A stretch of 64,000 nucleotides of DNA from Spirochaetales bacterium (GCA_030540405.1 JAUNWH010000009.1:2948-66947); one strand, 5' to 3'. Counted from the first letter of the stretch, positions 48,551 through 58,400 are shown. Translations and numbers: made by a program. Notes: generated by a model from the letters alone, not told the origin.

Positions 48551-49303
48551 TCAATTATTTTTTACTTTGTCGAACATAAAGGCTTTTAGGAATTTTCTAG
48601 CGCGCTCAGTTTTTGGATTGTTGAAGAATTGTTCTGGCTTTGATATTTCTACAATTTTTCCTTCATCAATGAAAACAATTCTGTCTGCAACTGCACGGGC
48701 AAATTCCAGCTGGTGGGTTACAATTACCATTGTGCGCCCTTCTTTTGCAAGGTTTACCATTACGTCCAAAACTTCCCGCACCATTTCCGGGTCAAGAGCC
48801 GCTGTAACTTCATCGAACAAAAGAACTTCTGGATGCATGCAAAGCGCGCGTACAATTGCGACTCTCTGTTTTTGTCCGCCGGAAAGTTCTCTTGGATATG
48901 AATCTTTTTTTTCAAGAAGCCCGACTCTTTCAAGCCAAAGTTCTGCTTCTTTTTTTACGCCATCAGAATTTCTTCCCTGCGCTTTTACAGGTCCAAGCAA
49001 AATATTTTTTTCAACAGTTAAATGCGGAAACAAATCGTAGCTTTGAAAAACCATTCCGATTTTTTGGCGGATTAAATGCATGTTCTTTTTTCTGTTGCTG
49101 ATTATTTCGCCGTCCAAAAGAATTTCGCCTTGCTGAATTTCTTCAAGCCCGTTTATGCATCTTAAGAGTGTGCTTTTTCCGCAGCCTGAAGGTCCTAAAA
49201 TCACTACGACTTCTCCGCGCTCAACTTCAAGCGAAACTCCATTTAAGATTCCACCAACTTTTGGAAATTCTTTTTTTATGTCTTTTATTTCTAGCAAGCT
49301 CAT
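48551..49303 (-). CDS. Amino-acid ABC transporter ATP-binding protein
   Basis: Walker A GPSGCGKST, signature LSGGQKQR, Walker B LLFDE. Confidence 0.93.
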   Translation of the reverse strand: MSLLEIKDIKKEFPKVGGILNGVSLEVERGEVVVILGPSGCGKSTLLRCINGLEEIQQGEILLDGEIISNRKKNMHLIRQKIGMVFQSYDLFPHLTVEKNILLGPVKAQGRNSDGVKKEAELWLERVGLLEKKDSYPRELSGGQKQRVAIVRALCMHPEVLLFDEVTAALDPEMVREVLDVMVNLAKEGRTMVIVTHQLEFARAVADRIVFIDEGKIVEISKPEQFFNNPKTERARKFLKAFMFDKVKNN

Positions 49304-49321
49304 TTTTTTTACTCCAAAGTT

Positions 49322-50047
49322 TTAATTGTCTTTTTGACGTTTTTCAAGTTTTCCCGCAAGAATTGAAAGCGGCCAGCAGACTATAAAATACATGAAAAAA
49401 ATAACAGCATAGACTGCGATTGCGGCTGTGGGAACTGTAAGCCGGTTTGCGTCAATTATTTGCTGACCGATTTTTACAACTTCGATTACGCTGACAAAAA
49501 CTACAATTGAAGTTGTCTTTATCATTCTTGTTATTAAGTTCATGGCAAGCGGAATAAGCCTGCGCAAAGTCTGTGGAATAATTACGTAAATGTAAATCTG
49601 CTTTTCGTTAAGTCCGATTGATTTTGCGCTTTCGTACTGATGACGCGGAATGCTTTCAAGCGCACCTCGCACAAGATCTCCCATTTCCGCTGTTCCCCAA
49701 AGTGTGAACACAAGAACAGATGCCGCTTCTCCGCTGATTGAAATTCCGAATGCCCGCGTAAGTCCGAAGTACGCCAGAAAAAGCAAAACAAGCTGAGGCA
49801 TAATGCGCATGAACTCAAGATAAATTTTGCAGGCAATCTGAAGCGGTTTTATTCTTACAGTCATAAGCGCGCCAAGCAAAAATCCAAGTATAATTGAAAA
49901 AACTACGGAAACCGCCGCAATTTCAATTGTAACAAGAAGTCCCTGTAAAAGCCGCAGAAAATTTTTTCCCATGAAAATTACGCTGAATGAATTTGTAATT
50001 GAATCAAGCATTTCCGAACTGTGCATAGCGTAGCTTCCTTTCTGCAA
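49322..50047 (-). CDS. Amino-acid ABC transporter permease
   Basis: HisM/GlnP-type permease with EAA-like loop. The start probably lies at an internal Met, since 50047 overlaps the upstream permease by 44 nt. Confidence 0.85.
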   Translation of the reverse strand: MQKGSYAMHSSEMLDSITNSFSVIFMGKNFLRLLQGLLVTIEIAAVSVVFSIILGFLLGALMTVRIKPLQIACKIYLEFMRIMPQLVLLFLAYFGLTRAFGISISGEAASVLVFTLWGTAEMGDLVRGALESIPRHQYESAKSIGLNEKQIYIYVIIPQTLRRLIPLAMNLITRMIKTTSIVVFVSVIEVVKIGQQIIDANRLTVPTAAIAVYAVIFFMYFIVCWPLSILAGKLEKRQKDN

Positions 50048-50705
50048 ATGAACTTAAAATTGTTATTGGCAAAAGTAAAATAAAATATGAAACAACTAAA
50101 AGAAAAAGCGCTTCTTCTGTTTTGTAGTAAAGACCGATTAAATCTTTTGCAATATACATAAGATCTGCGAGGGCGACTGCGCTGAACATTGAAGTTTCTT
50201 TTATAAGGAACATTGTGTTTGCGCAAATTCCTGGTATTGAAACTGAAAATGCCTGAGGAAGAATTACAAAGCGCACAATCTGAAATTCTGTAAGCCCAAT
50301 GCATCTTCCTGATTCAAGTTGAACTCTTCCAACTGTTTCAAGCGAGCTTCTGAATGTTTCTGCCATGTAGCTTCCGCCTAAAAAAGTCAAGCCGATAATT
50401 CCGCATTGCTCAGAAGAAAGTTTTATTCCCATTTTTGGAAAAGCGAAATATAAAAAAAACAATTGGATTAGCAATGGCGTGTTCCGTGAAAGTTCTGTGT
50501 ACGCTTTTACAATTTCTTTTGCAACAGGAATTTTCCAATAGCGGATTACGGCGCAAAAAAGTCCTAGAACAATCGAAAGAACAACTCCTGCAAGTCCAGC
50601 TTTTAAAGTTAGAATCGCAGCTTTTTCGTACAGAGGAATCACTTGATGAATAAAGCCAAAGTCCATAATTCCTATAAGTCTAATTGGAAAAGAAATATTG
50701 GTCAA
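50004..50705 (-). CDS. Amino-acid ABC transporter permease
   Basis: 233 aa HisQ/GlnP-type permease. First permease gene of the ABC cluster (the OmpA-family gene lies directly upstream). Confidence 0.85.
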   Translation of the reverse strand: MTNISFPIRLIGIMDFGFIHQVIPLYEKAAILTLKAGLAGVVLSIVLGLFCAVIRYWKIPVAKEIVKAYTELSRNTPLLIQLFFLYFAFPKMGIKLSSEQCGIIGLTFLGGSYMAETFRSSLETVGRVQLESGRCIGLTEFQIVRFVILPQAFSVSIPGICANTMFLIKETSMFSAVALADLMYIAKDLIGLYYKTEEALFLLVVSYFILLLPITILSSFAERKLRYAQFGNA

Positions 50706-50735
50706 CAGACTTTTGCTTTAAAAATTTCCGCTGAA

Positions 50736-51959
50736 TTATTTGTCCATGATTGTGATTTCAACGCGGCGGTTTCTTGCTTTTCCTTCTTCGGTTCTGTTGG
50801 TTGCGACTGGACGTTCCGCTCCAAAGCCTTGAGTGAACACGTGGAATCTGTCCCGCACATTCAGTCCGATTAAATATTCTGCCACTGCGCTTGCTCTTTC
50901 TTCACTTAGAATTTTCCGCATTTTTTCTGTTCCAGCAAGAGCTGTGTGTCCTGTAACTAAAATGTCGTTGTCCGGCCAGTTTTCAAGAATTTTTGCAATC
51001 TGCTGAATTTTAAGTTTTTCACTTTCCAAAAGAACTGCGCTGTCAGGCTCAAACTGAATGTTTTCTATTGCGATTGTAAGTCCTTTTTCATCCGGCTTTA
51101 CGGTAACATTTTCAAGTCCAAGTTCTTTTATTTTTTTCTGCACGGAAGAAATATTTTCAGTTGTATTTGTTCTTGCGAATTCCGTAACTTCTGCATGGGC
51201 TGTTCCTCTGAATTCAAAAATATTTCCGGCGGCAGTTTCTATAAAAATTTTGAATGATTCTGAATAGTGATCAATCGCACCTTTTTCATTGTCCCAAGAA
51301 ATTGTCTCGTCGCTGAATCCACGAGTTGTAACTGGATAATCATTAAGCTCGTAATTTTGAATCGGAGGATTTTCCATGTACATCGTGTAGCGGACTCTTA
51401 TTTTATAAAGCCCGGAATTTTCATCGAGTCCTTCGTAAGTGTACTCAGCATTGAAAGGAACTTTGTACGGCTTTTCAATTCCAAATCCTTTTCTTAAGTC
51501 GTGGGCTTCGTGTCCTTTTGCAGTCCATTTTTCTCCCGGCAAAATTTCTTTGTCTGGAAAAATCGGAACATCGCGCACGGTCGGCATAAAGTATTCGTCT
51601 GCAATTGTGTAAGTTCCGTTTTTGCTTCTTTTAAAAATACTTTTGTAATCTTCGCCGTAAGAAAATCTTGCGCCTGTGTAAGTTCCTGTGGAATCTTCTG
51701 TTGTCATAAAAATGCAGTCGTGAATTCCCTGTCCGTCTTTTGTTACGTCTGTAATTTCCGCGGAAACTCTGTTTATGATTATTGAATGATGGCTTTTGCG
51801 GTGATTTACAAAAATGTCCTCATCAACTGTTGAAAGAATTCTGTAGCGGTCGCCTTTCTGATATTTGAATTCGAATTTAACACCTTCTGAATTTTCCTGC
51901 GCAAAAAATAAAGATGCAAAAATTAGCAAAACTGAAATCAATAAGATTTTTCTTTTCAT
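50736..51959 (-). CDS. OmpA-family protein with signal peptide
   Basis: Start at MKRKILLISVLLIFASLFFAQ (51959). C-terminal OmpA domain (GHTALAGTEKMRKILSEERA...NRRVEI). Confidence 0.85.
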   Translation of the reverse strand: MKRKILLISVLLIFASLFFAQENSEGVKFEFKYQKGDRYRILSTVDEDIFVNHRKSHHSIIINRVSAEITDVTKDGQGIHDCIFMTTEDSTGTYTGARFSYGEDYKSIFKRSKNGTYTIADEYFMPTVRDVPIFPDKEILPGEKWTAKGHEAHDLRKGFGIEKPYKVPFNAEYTYEGLDENSGLYKIRVRYTMYMENPPIQNYELNDYPVTTRGFSDETISWDNEKGAIDHYSESFKIFIETAAGNIFEFRGTAHAEVTEFARTNTTENISSVQKKIKELGLENVTVKPDEKGLTIAIENIQFEPDSAVLLESEKLKIQQIAKILENWPDNDILVTGHTALAGTEKMRKILSEERASAVAEYLIGLNVRDRFHVFTQGFGAERPVATNRTEEGKARNRRVEITIMDK

Positions 51960-51981
51960 GCTGATATGATAAAATTGAATC

Positions 51982-52422
51982 ATGGAAATTTCAACAGTGC
52001 ATGAACTTTTAAACGGAAAATTTATTTTTTGCATTTCGATGATTTGCATGATGCTGATTGGCTTTGTCTTGGGTAGAGCCGTACAGAAGTTAAAAAATTC
52101 TTCAGAATTTAAAAAGCAAAGAAAAGATGCCGTAAACAGAAGCCGAGCAGTTTTGGGCGGGCAGTTCAGCGAGCAGATTTCTCCATTTTTGCCTGGCTTT
52201 CCGTGCAATCCGGGCGACGTGCGGTTTGTAGGCAAGCCAATTGATTTTGTTGCTTTTCCTGGAAGCGCAGAAGGCGACGATATAGAAGAAATTTATTTTA
52301 TAGAAGTAAAGTCCGGGCAGAGCAAGCTAAGTCCACGGGAAAAACAAATCAAGCTGGCAGTAGAACAGGGCAGAGTAAAATATATTGAATATAGAATTCC
52401 CGATGTAAACAGCAATCATTAA
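51982..52422 (+). CDS. Membrane-anchored endonuclease related to archaeal Holliday-junction resolvases (COG4741-like)
   Basis: N-terminal TM helix, then DVRFVGKPIDFVAF...IYFIEVKSGQSKLSPREKQI, matching the restriction-endonuclease-like core D...E-V-K. Confidence 0.65.
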   Translation: MEISTVHELLNGKFIFCISMICMMLIGFVLGRAVQKLKNSSEFKKQRKDAVNRSRAVLGGQFSEQISPFLPGFPCNPGDVRFVGKPIDFVAFPGSAEGDDIEEIYFIEVKSGQSKLSPREKQIKLAVEQGRVKYIEYRIPDVNSNH

Positions 52423-52427
52423 AAATT

Positions 52428-54194
52428 TTAGTTGGTGCTTTTGCTCAAGTTTTCTACAAGAAGTTTTTCGCATTGTTCTTTTGGCATTGGCTTTCCCAGC
52501 AAAAATCCTTGAATTGTGCGGCAGTTGAATTTCTGAATCATTTTCAACTGCTCTTCATTTTCAACGCCTTCGGCAATTGTGTTCAAGCCCATTTTAGAAA
52601 CAAGCGAAATAATGCTTTCTGTAAGGTTCGCTTCAAATCCGTCTTTTGCCGCAATGTTTGAAACAAACGACTTGTCAATCTTTAAAGTTGTAAGCGGCAG
52701 AAGCTGCAAATATCTTAAAGAAGAATATCCTGTTCCAAAGTCATCGAGCGAAAGTCCCACGCCTTGCTCTCTTATTTTGTTCAGCTTGGATATTGTGTCT
52801 TCCACGTTGTCAATAAGAACGCCTTCTGTAATTTCAATTTCAAGATGCTTTTTGTCTATTCCGGATTTTTCAATTTTCTTAAACAGCTTTTCAATAAAAT
52901 CTTCTTGAACAAATTGAACTGGAGAAACATTCACAGACATTATTCCGTTGAAGCTGAATTTCATTTCCCATTCTTTTATTGTTGCAAGCGCAGTTGTCAT
53001 AACCCAGTCGCCAAGCGGAACAACAAGATGAGTTTCTTCTGCAAGCGGAATGAACTGCTCAGGACTTATCCAGCCTAAGTCGCTGTCGTACCATCTAAGA
53101 AGCGCTTCAAATCCACGCAGCTCTTTTGTTTTTGCGTCAAACTGCGGCTGGTAATAAAGCTGAAAATTTCTGCTTGCCATTGCCTTTGACATTTTTGTTT
53201 CGATATTCAGCTTGCTTAGGAATTTTTCCTGCATGAGCGAATGGAAGCAAGCGACATTGTTTTTGCCGTTTTTCTTTGCTTCTATTTTTGCCATGTCAGC
53301 GAATTTTAAAAGATCTTCGGATTTTTTTGAGTCGTCCGGGAAAATTGCAATTCCGCCTGAAATTCCAATTCCTTCCGCATTTAAAAATCTCAAGGCTTTC
53401 TTTGAAATTCCAATTGCTTCATCGCGGTCTTTTATGTCTTTGTACAGAAGCACAAATTCATCTCCGCCGAATCTTGTAGCAGTAACAGCTTTTGACTCCA
53501 TCAGCTTGAGAATTGTTGCAACTTGCTTTAAAAGCTCATCGCCTGCGTTGTGTCCTCTTGAGTCATTGATGTCTTTCATGTTGTCAATGTCAAACAAAAG
53601 AATTCCAAATTTTCCATTTTTTTCAGTCGCTTCTTTTATCTGAACTTTCATCATTGTAGAAAGCCATGAACGGTTGTAAAGGTCGGTAAGGGAATCGTGA
53701 TATGCCGCAAACAAAAGCTGCTCGTTTAGCTGCTGGATATTTTTTAGTTGCGAATCCAAATTCAGTCTGCTTGACTTTAGCTGGCTTGTTACTTCCTCAA
53801 GTTTTTTGTTCTGCTCGCTTAGCGCGGACTCGTATTCTTTTGCCTGCGAGACGTTTGTCAGCGAAACTGCAACGTAATCGCCCGGTACGCATTTTTCCAC
53901 AAGCTGAATCCATATAGAAAAGTTATGCGAGTAAAAAGTTTCTTCAATTGTTTTTTTTGTTTTTATAGTTTCAACCGCCATGTCAAACCAGTTTATATCT
54001 TGGCTGATTTTTTCCTTGAAACTTGAAAACAGAACGCCTTCCTTTATAAAATTTTTTGTAAGGTTTCTGAAACATTCATTTACATAGACAATTGAAAAGT
54101 CCGTTATTTTTTCGTCCTGCTTTACTGGAACTGCAATAATAACCGCAGCAGGGATTGTGTCCAAAATAGTTTTATATTCAGAAAGTTCAAGCAT
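52428..54194 (-). CDS. PAS-GGDEF-EAL c-di-GMP turnover protein
   Basis: Intact GGDEF (RFGGDEFVLLY). Intact EAL motifs (FEALLRW, DDFGTGYSSL, EGVE). N-terminal PAS-like region and a coiled coil. Confidence 0.92.
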   Translation of the reverse strand: MLELSEYKTILDTIPAAVIIAVPVKQDEKITDFSIVYVNECFRNLTKNFIKEGVLFSSFKEKISQDINWFDMAVETIKTKKTIEETFYSHNFSIWIQLVEKCVPGDYVAVSLTNVSQAKEYESALSEQNKKLEEVTSQLKSSRLNLDSQLKNIQQLNEQLLFAAYHDSLTDLYNRSWLSTMMKVQIKEATEKNGKFGILLFDIDNMKDINDSRGHNAGDELLKQVATILKLMESKAVTATRFGGDEFVLLYKDIKDRDEAIGISKKALRFLNAEGIGISGGIAIFPDDSKKSEDLLKFADMAKIEAKKNGKNNVACFHSLMQEKFLSKLNIETKMSKAMASRNFQLYYQPQFDAKTKELRGFEALLRWYDSDLGWISPEQFIPLAEETHLVVPLGDWVMTTALATIKEWEMKFSFNGIMSVNVSPVQFVQEDFIEKLFKKIEKSGIDKKHLEIEITEGVLIDNVEDTISKLNKIREQGVGLSLDDFGTGYSSLRYLQLLPLTTLKIDKSFVSNIAAKDGFEANLTESIISLVSKMGLNTIAEGVENEEQLKMIQKFNCRTIQGFLLGKPMPKEQCEKLLVENLSKSTN

Positions 54195-54266
54195 AAAATT
54201 CCTTTACATTTTTTAATTGAAAATGCTGAAAAAAAACTTTTGCAAGTCTTTAGCAGCATTAAAAAT

Positions 54267-56144
54267 TTATTCCCAGCCAAATGTCGCAGGCGGCTTGTTT
54301 GTAAGATCAAAAAATATTGCGTCAACATAAGGCAGCTTGGAAATTTCCTGCACAATGTCCATAAGAAGATCCTGCGGAAGCTGTGCGAACCTTGCTGTCA
54401 TTACGTCTTCCGAACAAAGCGGGCGCAAAACAAAACTGCATCTTTCCTTTGATAAAGCATAAGGCAAGTTGATTGTAAGATGCTGGAAAATTTTATTGTA
54501 CCATCCGCTTTTGTGAAGAGCAGTAAGAACTATGTCGTCGGCATCTCTTGTCTGGTCAAGACGCTCTTTTGTGCAGTAGCCTTCCTGAAGCTTTAAGTCT
54601 TCATCTTTTACCGAAGGATTTTGCCACAAACGGATTATCGTTCTGTTTATAAATGACGTGCTGTTTGTAATCTGGCTTGATGCGGCTTCAAGTTTTTCCC
54701 ATTTTTTTGGAAGATGATAAAAGCCGTTTTCCATTTTTGCAAAACTTATTACAGACGGAAATCTATAAGTGCGGAAGTCTCCCTGAACGCCTACAGACTT
54801 TACAGGCAGAATGTATTTTTCAAGATTCGCAGAACATTTTGCGCAGAACATTTCAAGCTGGACTTTTGAAATTTCTTCCTGAGCTTTTTTAAATTCTTCT
54901 TTATCATTTTCCGGCATAGTTCCGTTGGAGCAAAGCACGTTGATACTTAATCCAGGTCCTGGAAACGGATGGCGCATTACAAGCTCATCTTCAAGACCAA
55001 GTTTTTTTCCAATTGCACGAACTTCATCTTTATACAAATCTTTTAGAGGCTCAATAATCAAGCCTTTTTCAATTAGCTTTTGTATTCCGTCTACGCGGTT
55101 ATGATGAGTTTTTATTACATTTGAATTTTTTGTTCCGCCGCTTTCAATGATGTCCGGATACAAAGTTCCCTGCGCCAAAAGCCATTTGTTTTCATCGAGT
55201 TTTTGCTTTGCCACAACTTCATTGCGCACTGTAATAAAATTTTCACCAATCGCCATTCTTTTTTTCTGCGGGTCAGTAAGGTTTTCTACAGCCTTTAAGA
55301 AACTTTTGCTTGCGTCTTCAACAATGAAATTTGAAAATCCGTGGCTTTTGTATGCCTCTTCAACTTTCTTGCTTTCATTCTTGCGCATAAAGCCGTTGTC
55401 TATGTGAAGTCCCAAAACTCTTTTCTGTCCCAAAGCTTTGTTTAAAAGCGCAAACGCCACAGTGGAATCAACTCCGCCGCTTAAAAAGAGAAGAACATTT
55501 TTATCGTTTGCCTGATTTTTTATAGAATCAATTATGTGGTTCAGAACTGTGTCCTGATCCCAGTTTCTTTCCATTCCGCAGAACTTCGCAAAGTTTTCAA
55601 GAATTTTATTTCCGCAAGGAGTGTCTTTTACTTCGCAGTGGAACTGAAGGCTGAATCGTTTTTTTTCAAGATTCTGAAGCGCGGCGAATTCGCAGTCCTT
55701 TGTAGAACCGACAGTTTCAAATCCGTCTCCTGGTTTTACAACAGCGTCCTGATGGCTCATCCAAACTTGCTGCGGACTTTCAATTTCTTCAAACAGCGGA
55801 CAGTTTATATTTTGATTCAGTTCTAAAGTTGCAAATCCAAATTCTCCGACTAAGGCTTTCTGTGCTTTTCCGTTGTAGCCGGTTTGAACTACATAATGTC
55901 CGTAGCAAAGACCAAGAATTGGAATATCAAGCTTAAGAATTTCAGAATTGAATTCAGGAGCATTTTTATCATAGATACTGGACGGACCTCCGCTAAGCAC
56001 AATTCCTTTTGCATTTTTGAATGTTTCAAGCCCGGCGGAAGGCAAGGCGATTTCTGAATAATAACCCATCATGCGGAATCTTTTTGCAATAAGATGGGCA
56101 TACTGGCTTCCAAAATCTAAAACAACAATTTTTAAACGTTCCAT
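54267..56144 (-). CDS. guaA: GMP synthase (glutamine-hydrolysing), long eukaryote-like form
   Basis: GATase N-terminus, ATP-PPase SGGVDSTV, C-terminus KPPATFGWE. 625 aa with an enlarged dimerisation region containing LPVKSVGVQGDFRTYRF. Confidence 0.9.
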   Translation of the reverse strand: MERLKIVVLDFGSQYAHLIAKRFRMMGYYSEIALPSAGLETFKNAKGIVLSGGPSSIYDKNAPEFNSEILKLDIPILGLCYGHYVVQTGYNGKAQKALVGEFGFATLELNQNINCPLFEEIESPQQVWMSHQDAVVKPGDGFETVGSTKDCEFAALQNLEKKRFSLQFHCEVKDTPCGNKILENFAKFCGMERNWDQDTVLNHIIDSIKNQANDKNVLLFLSGGVDSTVAFALLNKALGQKRVLGLHIDNGFMRKNESKKVEEAYKSHGFSNFIVEDASKSFLKAVENLTDPQKKRMAIGENFITVRNEVVAKQKLDENKWLLAQGTLYPDIIESGGTKNSNVIKTHHNRVDGIQKLIEKGLIIEPLKDLYKDEVRAIGKKLGLEDELVMRHPFPGPGLSINVLCSNGTMPENDKEEFKKAQEEISKVQLEMFCAKCSANLEKYILPVKSVGVQGDFRTYRFPSVISFAKMENGFYHLPKKWEKLEAASSQITNSTSFINRTIIRLWQNPSVKDEDLKLQEGYCTKERLDQTRDADDIVLTALHKSGWYNKIFQHLTINLPYALSKERCSFVLRPLCSEDVMTARFAQLPQDLLMDIVQEISKLPYVDAIFFDLTNKPPATFGWE

Positions 56145-56194
56145 AAAATATAATTATACCTCATATCCAGGTTTTAGCCAAGTTAAATGGAATT

Positions 56195-57484
56195 TTATTC
56201 TATGGCTGAAAACGTTCTCTTGGAGTATTTTCTTATTTGCGAAAGTGCTTTTACTCCGATTTTTGGATTTTTTTCTATGAGCTTTTGGAACACGGAATAA
56301 GGGATTTTTATGATTTTTGATTTTCCAATTGAAACGGCGTCTTCCTGTCGGTGCTTCTTTAAAAGACATTCGCCTTCGCCAAAAAATGCGCCTTGATTTA
56401 AAACCTGTCCTTCATTTTTGTGTATAAGCAAAATGCTTCCGCTCGCAATGTAAAAGCAGAATTCACTTTTTGAATTTTTTCTGTATACAAAGTTTCCGTC
56501 GTTGAAATTTAATGCGTGGGAATTTTTCTTAAGAAGAAAATACGGATTTATAAAAAGAAACCGCTTTATGTTTGAAAGAAAATTTCCATCTTGTTTTTCA
56601 GGCAGAAGATAAAGCTCGCATAAAAGCAGCGTTTCAAAAAACTGATAGACGTAAAGCCACTGCGCAAAAAAGAAAAAAATTATAAAGAAAAAAAACACGC
56701 CCATAAGAATTACAATGATGTTACTTAAAACTCCGTAGACCATGTTGTAGCGGTTTATATTTACAAACAGGTGGAAGACTTTTGTAAGAATCCAAAACGA
56801 AGCGCAAGTTCCTGCAGAAGATAAAATGCTTATTCCCCAGGACGGATTTGTTCTGCTTCCAAATTTATACGTGAAAGCTGTTGCCGCAAATAAAATTATA
56901 AACGGAACAAAGCCAGCCGCTGTTTTAGAAATCAAATCTGCAATGTGATTCAGAGGCTCAAGAATTCCGTAGAACTTTGGAACAAGCACTATTGTCTTTA
57001 AACTGATTGCTATGAAAATTATCAGCGAAAATAAAATTACAAAAAGCGCTTCCCCGATGAAAACAAGAAACATATTTTTTACAGGACGAGACTTTGCATC
57101 TTTTCCAAAAATTCTTTTCAGACCTACAATCACCGAACTGAAAAATCTTCTTGACATCCAGACTACAGCCGCAATAATCACAACTTCAAAATTTGTAATA
57201 AGCTTAAGCGACTTTGGAAGCGAATCTTCAATGCTTATAATCTGGCTTGAAAACGGACTTGAAGAAATTAGCGCGGAAACAGTTTCCGGGGAAGCGTGCA
57301 GACCCCTAAGAAGCACAACGCAAATAATCATGCTGATTGGAACAACTGAAAGCAAAAATCCAAATGCGCAGGCAGAAGCAGAAGAAATCAAGTCGTTCGA
57401 AAAAAACAAACTTGAGCTTAAGTAAAGCGACTGCACAATGCTGAACAGCGAAATTTTTTTCAGCTGCTTTTTTCCTAAAGTCAT
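56195..57484 (-). CDS. YihY/BrkB-family membrane protein fused to a C-terminal cyclic-nucleotide-binding (CAP_ED) domain
   Basis: Six TM segments of the YihY type, then FYIASGSILLI...GAFFGEGECLL...IKIPYSVFQKLIEKNP (CAP_ED beta-roll with FGE). Confidence 0.75.
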   Translation of the reverse strand: MTLGKKQLKKISLFSIVQSLYLSSSLFFSNDLISSASACAFGFLLSVVPISMIICVVLLRGLHASPETVSALISSSPFSSQIISIEDSLPKSLKLITNFEVVIIAAVVWMSRRFFSSVIVGLKRIFGKDAKSRPVKNMFLVFIGEALFVILFSLIIFIAISLKTIVLVPKFYGILEPLNHIADLISKTAAGFVPFIILFAATAFTYKFGSRTNPSWGISILSSAGTCASFWILTKVFHLFVNINRYNMVYGVLSNIIVILMGVFFFFIIFFFFAQWLYVYQFFETLLLCELYLLPEKQDGNFLSNIKRFLFINPYFLLKKNSHALNFNDGNFVYRKNSKSEFCFYIASGSILLIHKNEGQVLNQGAFFGEGECLLKKHRQEDAVSIGKSKIIKIPYSVFQKLIEKNPKIGVKALSQIRKYSKRTFSAIE

Positions 57485-58380
57485 GAAAAATTGTGTCCGG
57501 GCTGGCTTGAAAAAGTTGAAGGCTTGGACTTGGATTTCGTTTTTGCCGCAAAGTTGTAGTAGTCCATTTGCGCATAGTCAGTGTCGTCCTTGCGGTTTTC
57601 ATTTATGGAAAGAATCATTTTGTCTTCAATCGTTTTAAAAACATATTGGCGGATTTCATCTTTTACAGCTGAAGGAGTTTGCGGCGCAAGAAGAAGCACC
57701 CAGATTGTTCCTTGTTCTGTTTTTTTTACGGCGAAAATAACGGCTTCTGTTACAACCTGCTTTGTTCCAAGCCTGAGCGTTACATCCTGCAATATGTAGT
57801 TTTTTGCAATTATGAGGCTTTCAAGGCCGGCGGGAATTTTTACAGCCATTCCAACAGAACTTAAGTCAAAAAGTTTGAGCTGGTGCATTTTGCTTCCGTG
57901 GTTCCAGAATAAAGCGGCGTCTTTGTCGTGCATTAAATTTGCCCGGATGTATTGCCGCCTTCCTTTTGCGTTTGTCTTGGTAAGAATATTTTGTATTCGC
58001 TCGGAAACTTTTTCTATTCCATCTGAAAAATCAATTACGCTGTTTTCTGAATCTGAAAATCTTGAGAACAGTTCAATTTCATTTGGCTTTATTTTTTCGG
58101 AAATGACGGTCGCCTGAATTGTCTTGAGGCTTTCTTCCTTATCAAAGCTGCGCAGAAAGTTGAACCAAGCTCCTATTGAAAGCTGCGCGTCAATGTTTAT
58201 AAATAGAACAGAACCGGGGTTTTTCCGCAGAAGATTCTTTGCGTCCCTGAAACTTTCGATAATGTAGACTTCATATTCTTTTTTCCGCAGACTGCTTATA
58301 ATGTCTTTTTTTACCGCATAAGCAGGATTCAAGAAGAATATTTTTCTGCCATACATATCGAAGTCTGTCTGTTCTGCCAT
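57481..58380 (-). CDS. Receiver-like (pseudo-REC) plus PilZ domain protein
   Basis: Canonical RRQYIR (RRxxxR) and DLSSVG (DxSxxG). The N-terminal 120 aa have an alternating beta/alpha receiver-like pattern without the acidic pocket. ATGA overlap with the downstream gene. Confidence 0.8.
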   Translation of the reverse strand: MAEQTDFDMYGRKIFFLNPAYAVKKDIISSLRKKEYEVYIIESFRDAKNLLRKNPGSVLFINIDAQLSIGAWFNFLRSFDKEESLKTIQATVISEKIKPNEIELFSRFSDSENSVIDFSDGIEKVSERIQNILTKTNAKGRRQYIRANLMHDKDAALFWNHGSKMHQLKLFDLSSVGMAVKIPAGLESLIIAKNYILQDVTLRLGTKQVVTEAVIFAVKKTEQGTIWVLLLAPQTPSAVKDEIRQYVFKTIEDKMILSINENRKDDTDYAQMDYYNFAAKTKSKSKPSTFSSQPGHNFS

Positions 58381-58400
58381 TTATTATATCCTAGCTAGAT

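Noticed and set aside
51960-52235. N-terminal 92-codon extension of the OmpA-family ORF
   Set aside because: It overlaps the divergent COG4741 gene. A clean signal peptide begins at the Met at 51959.
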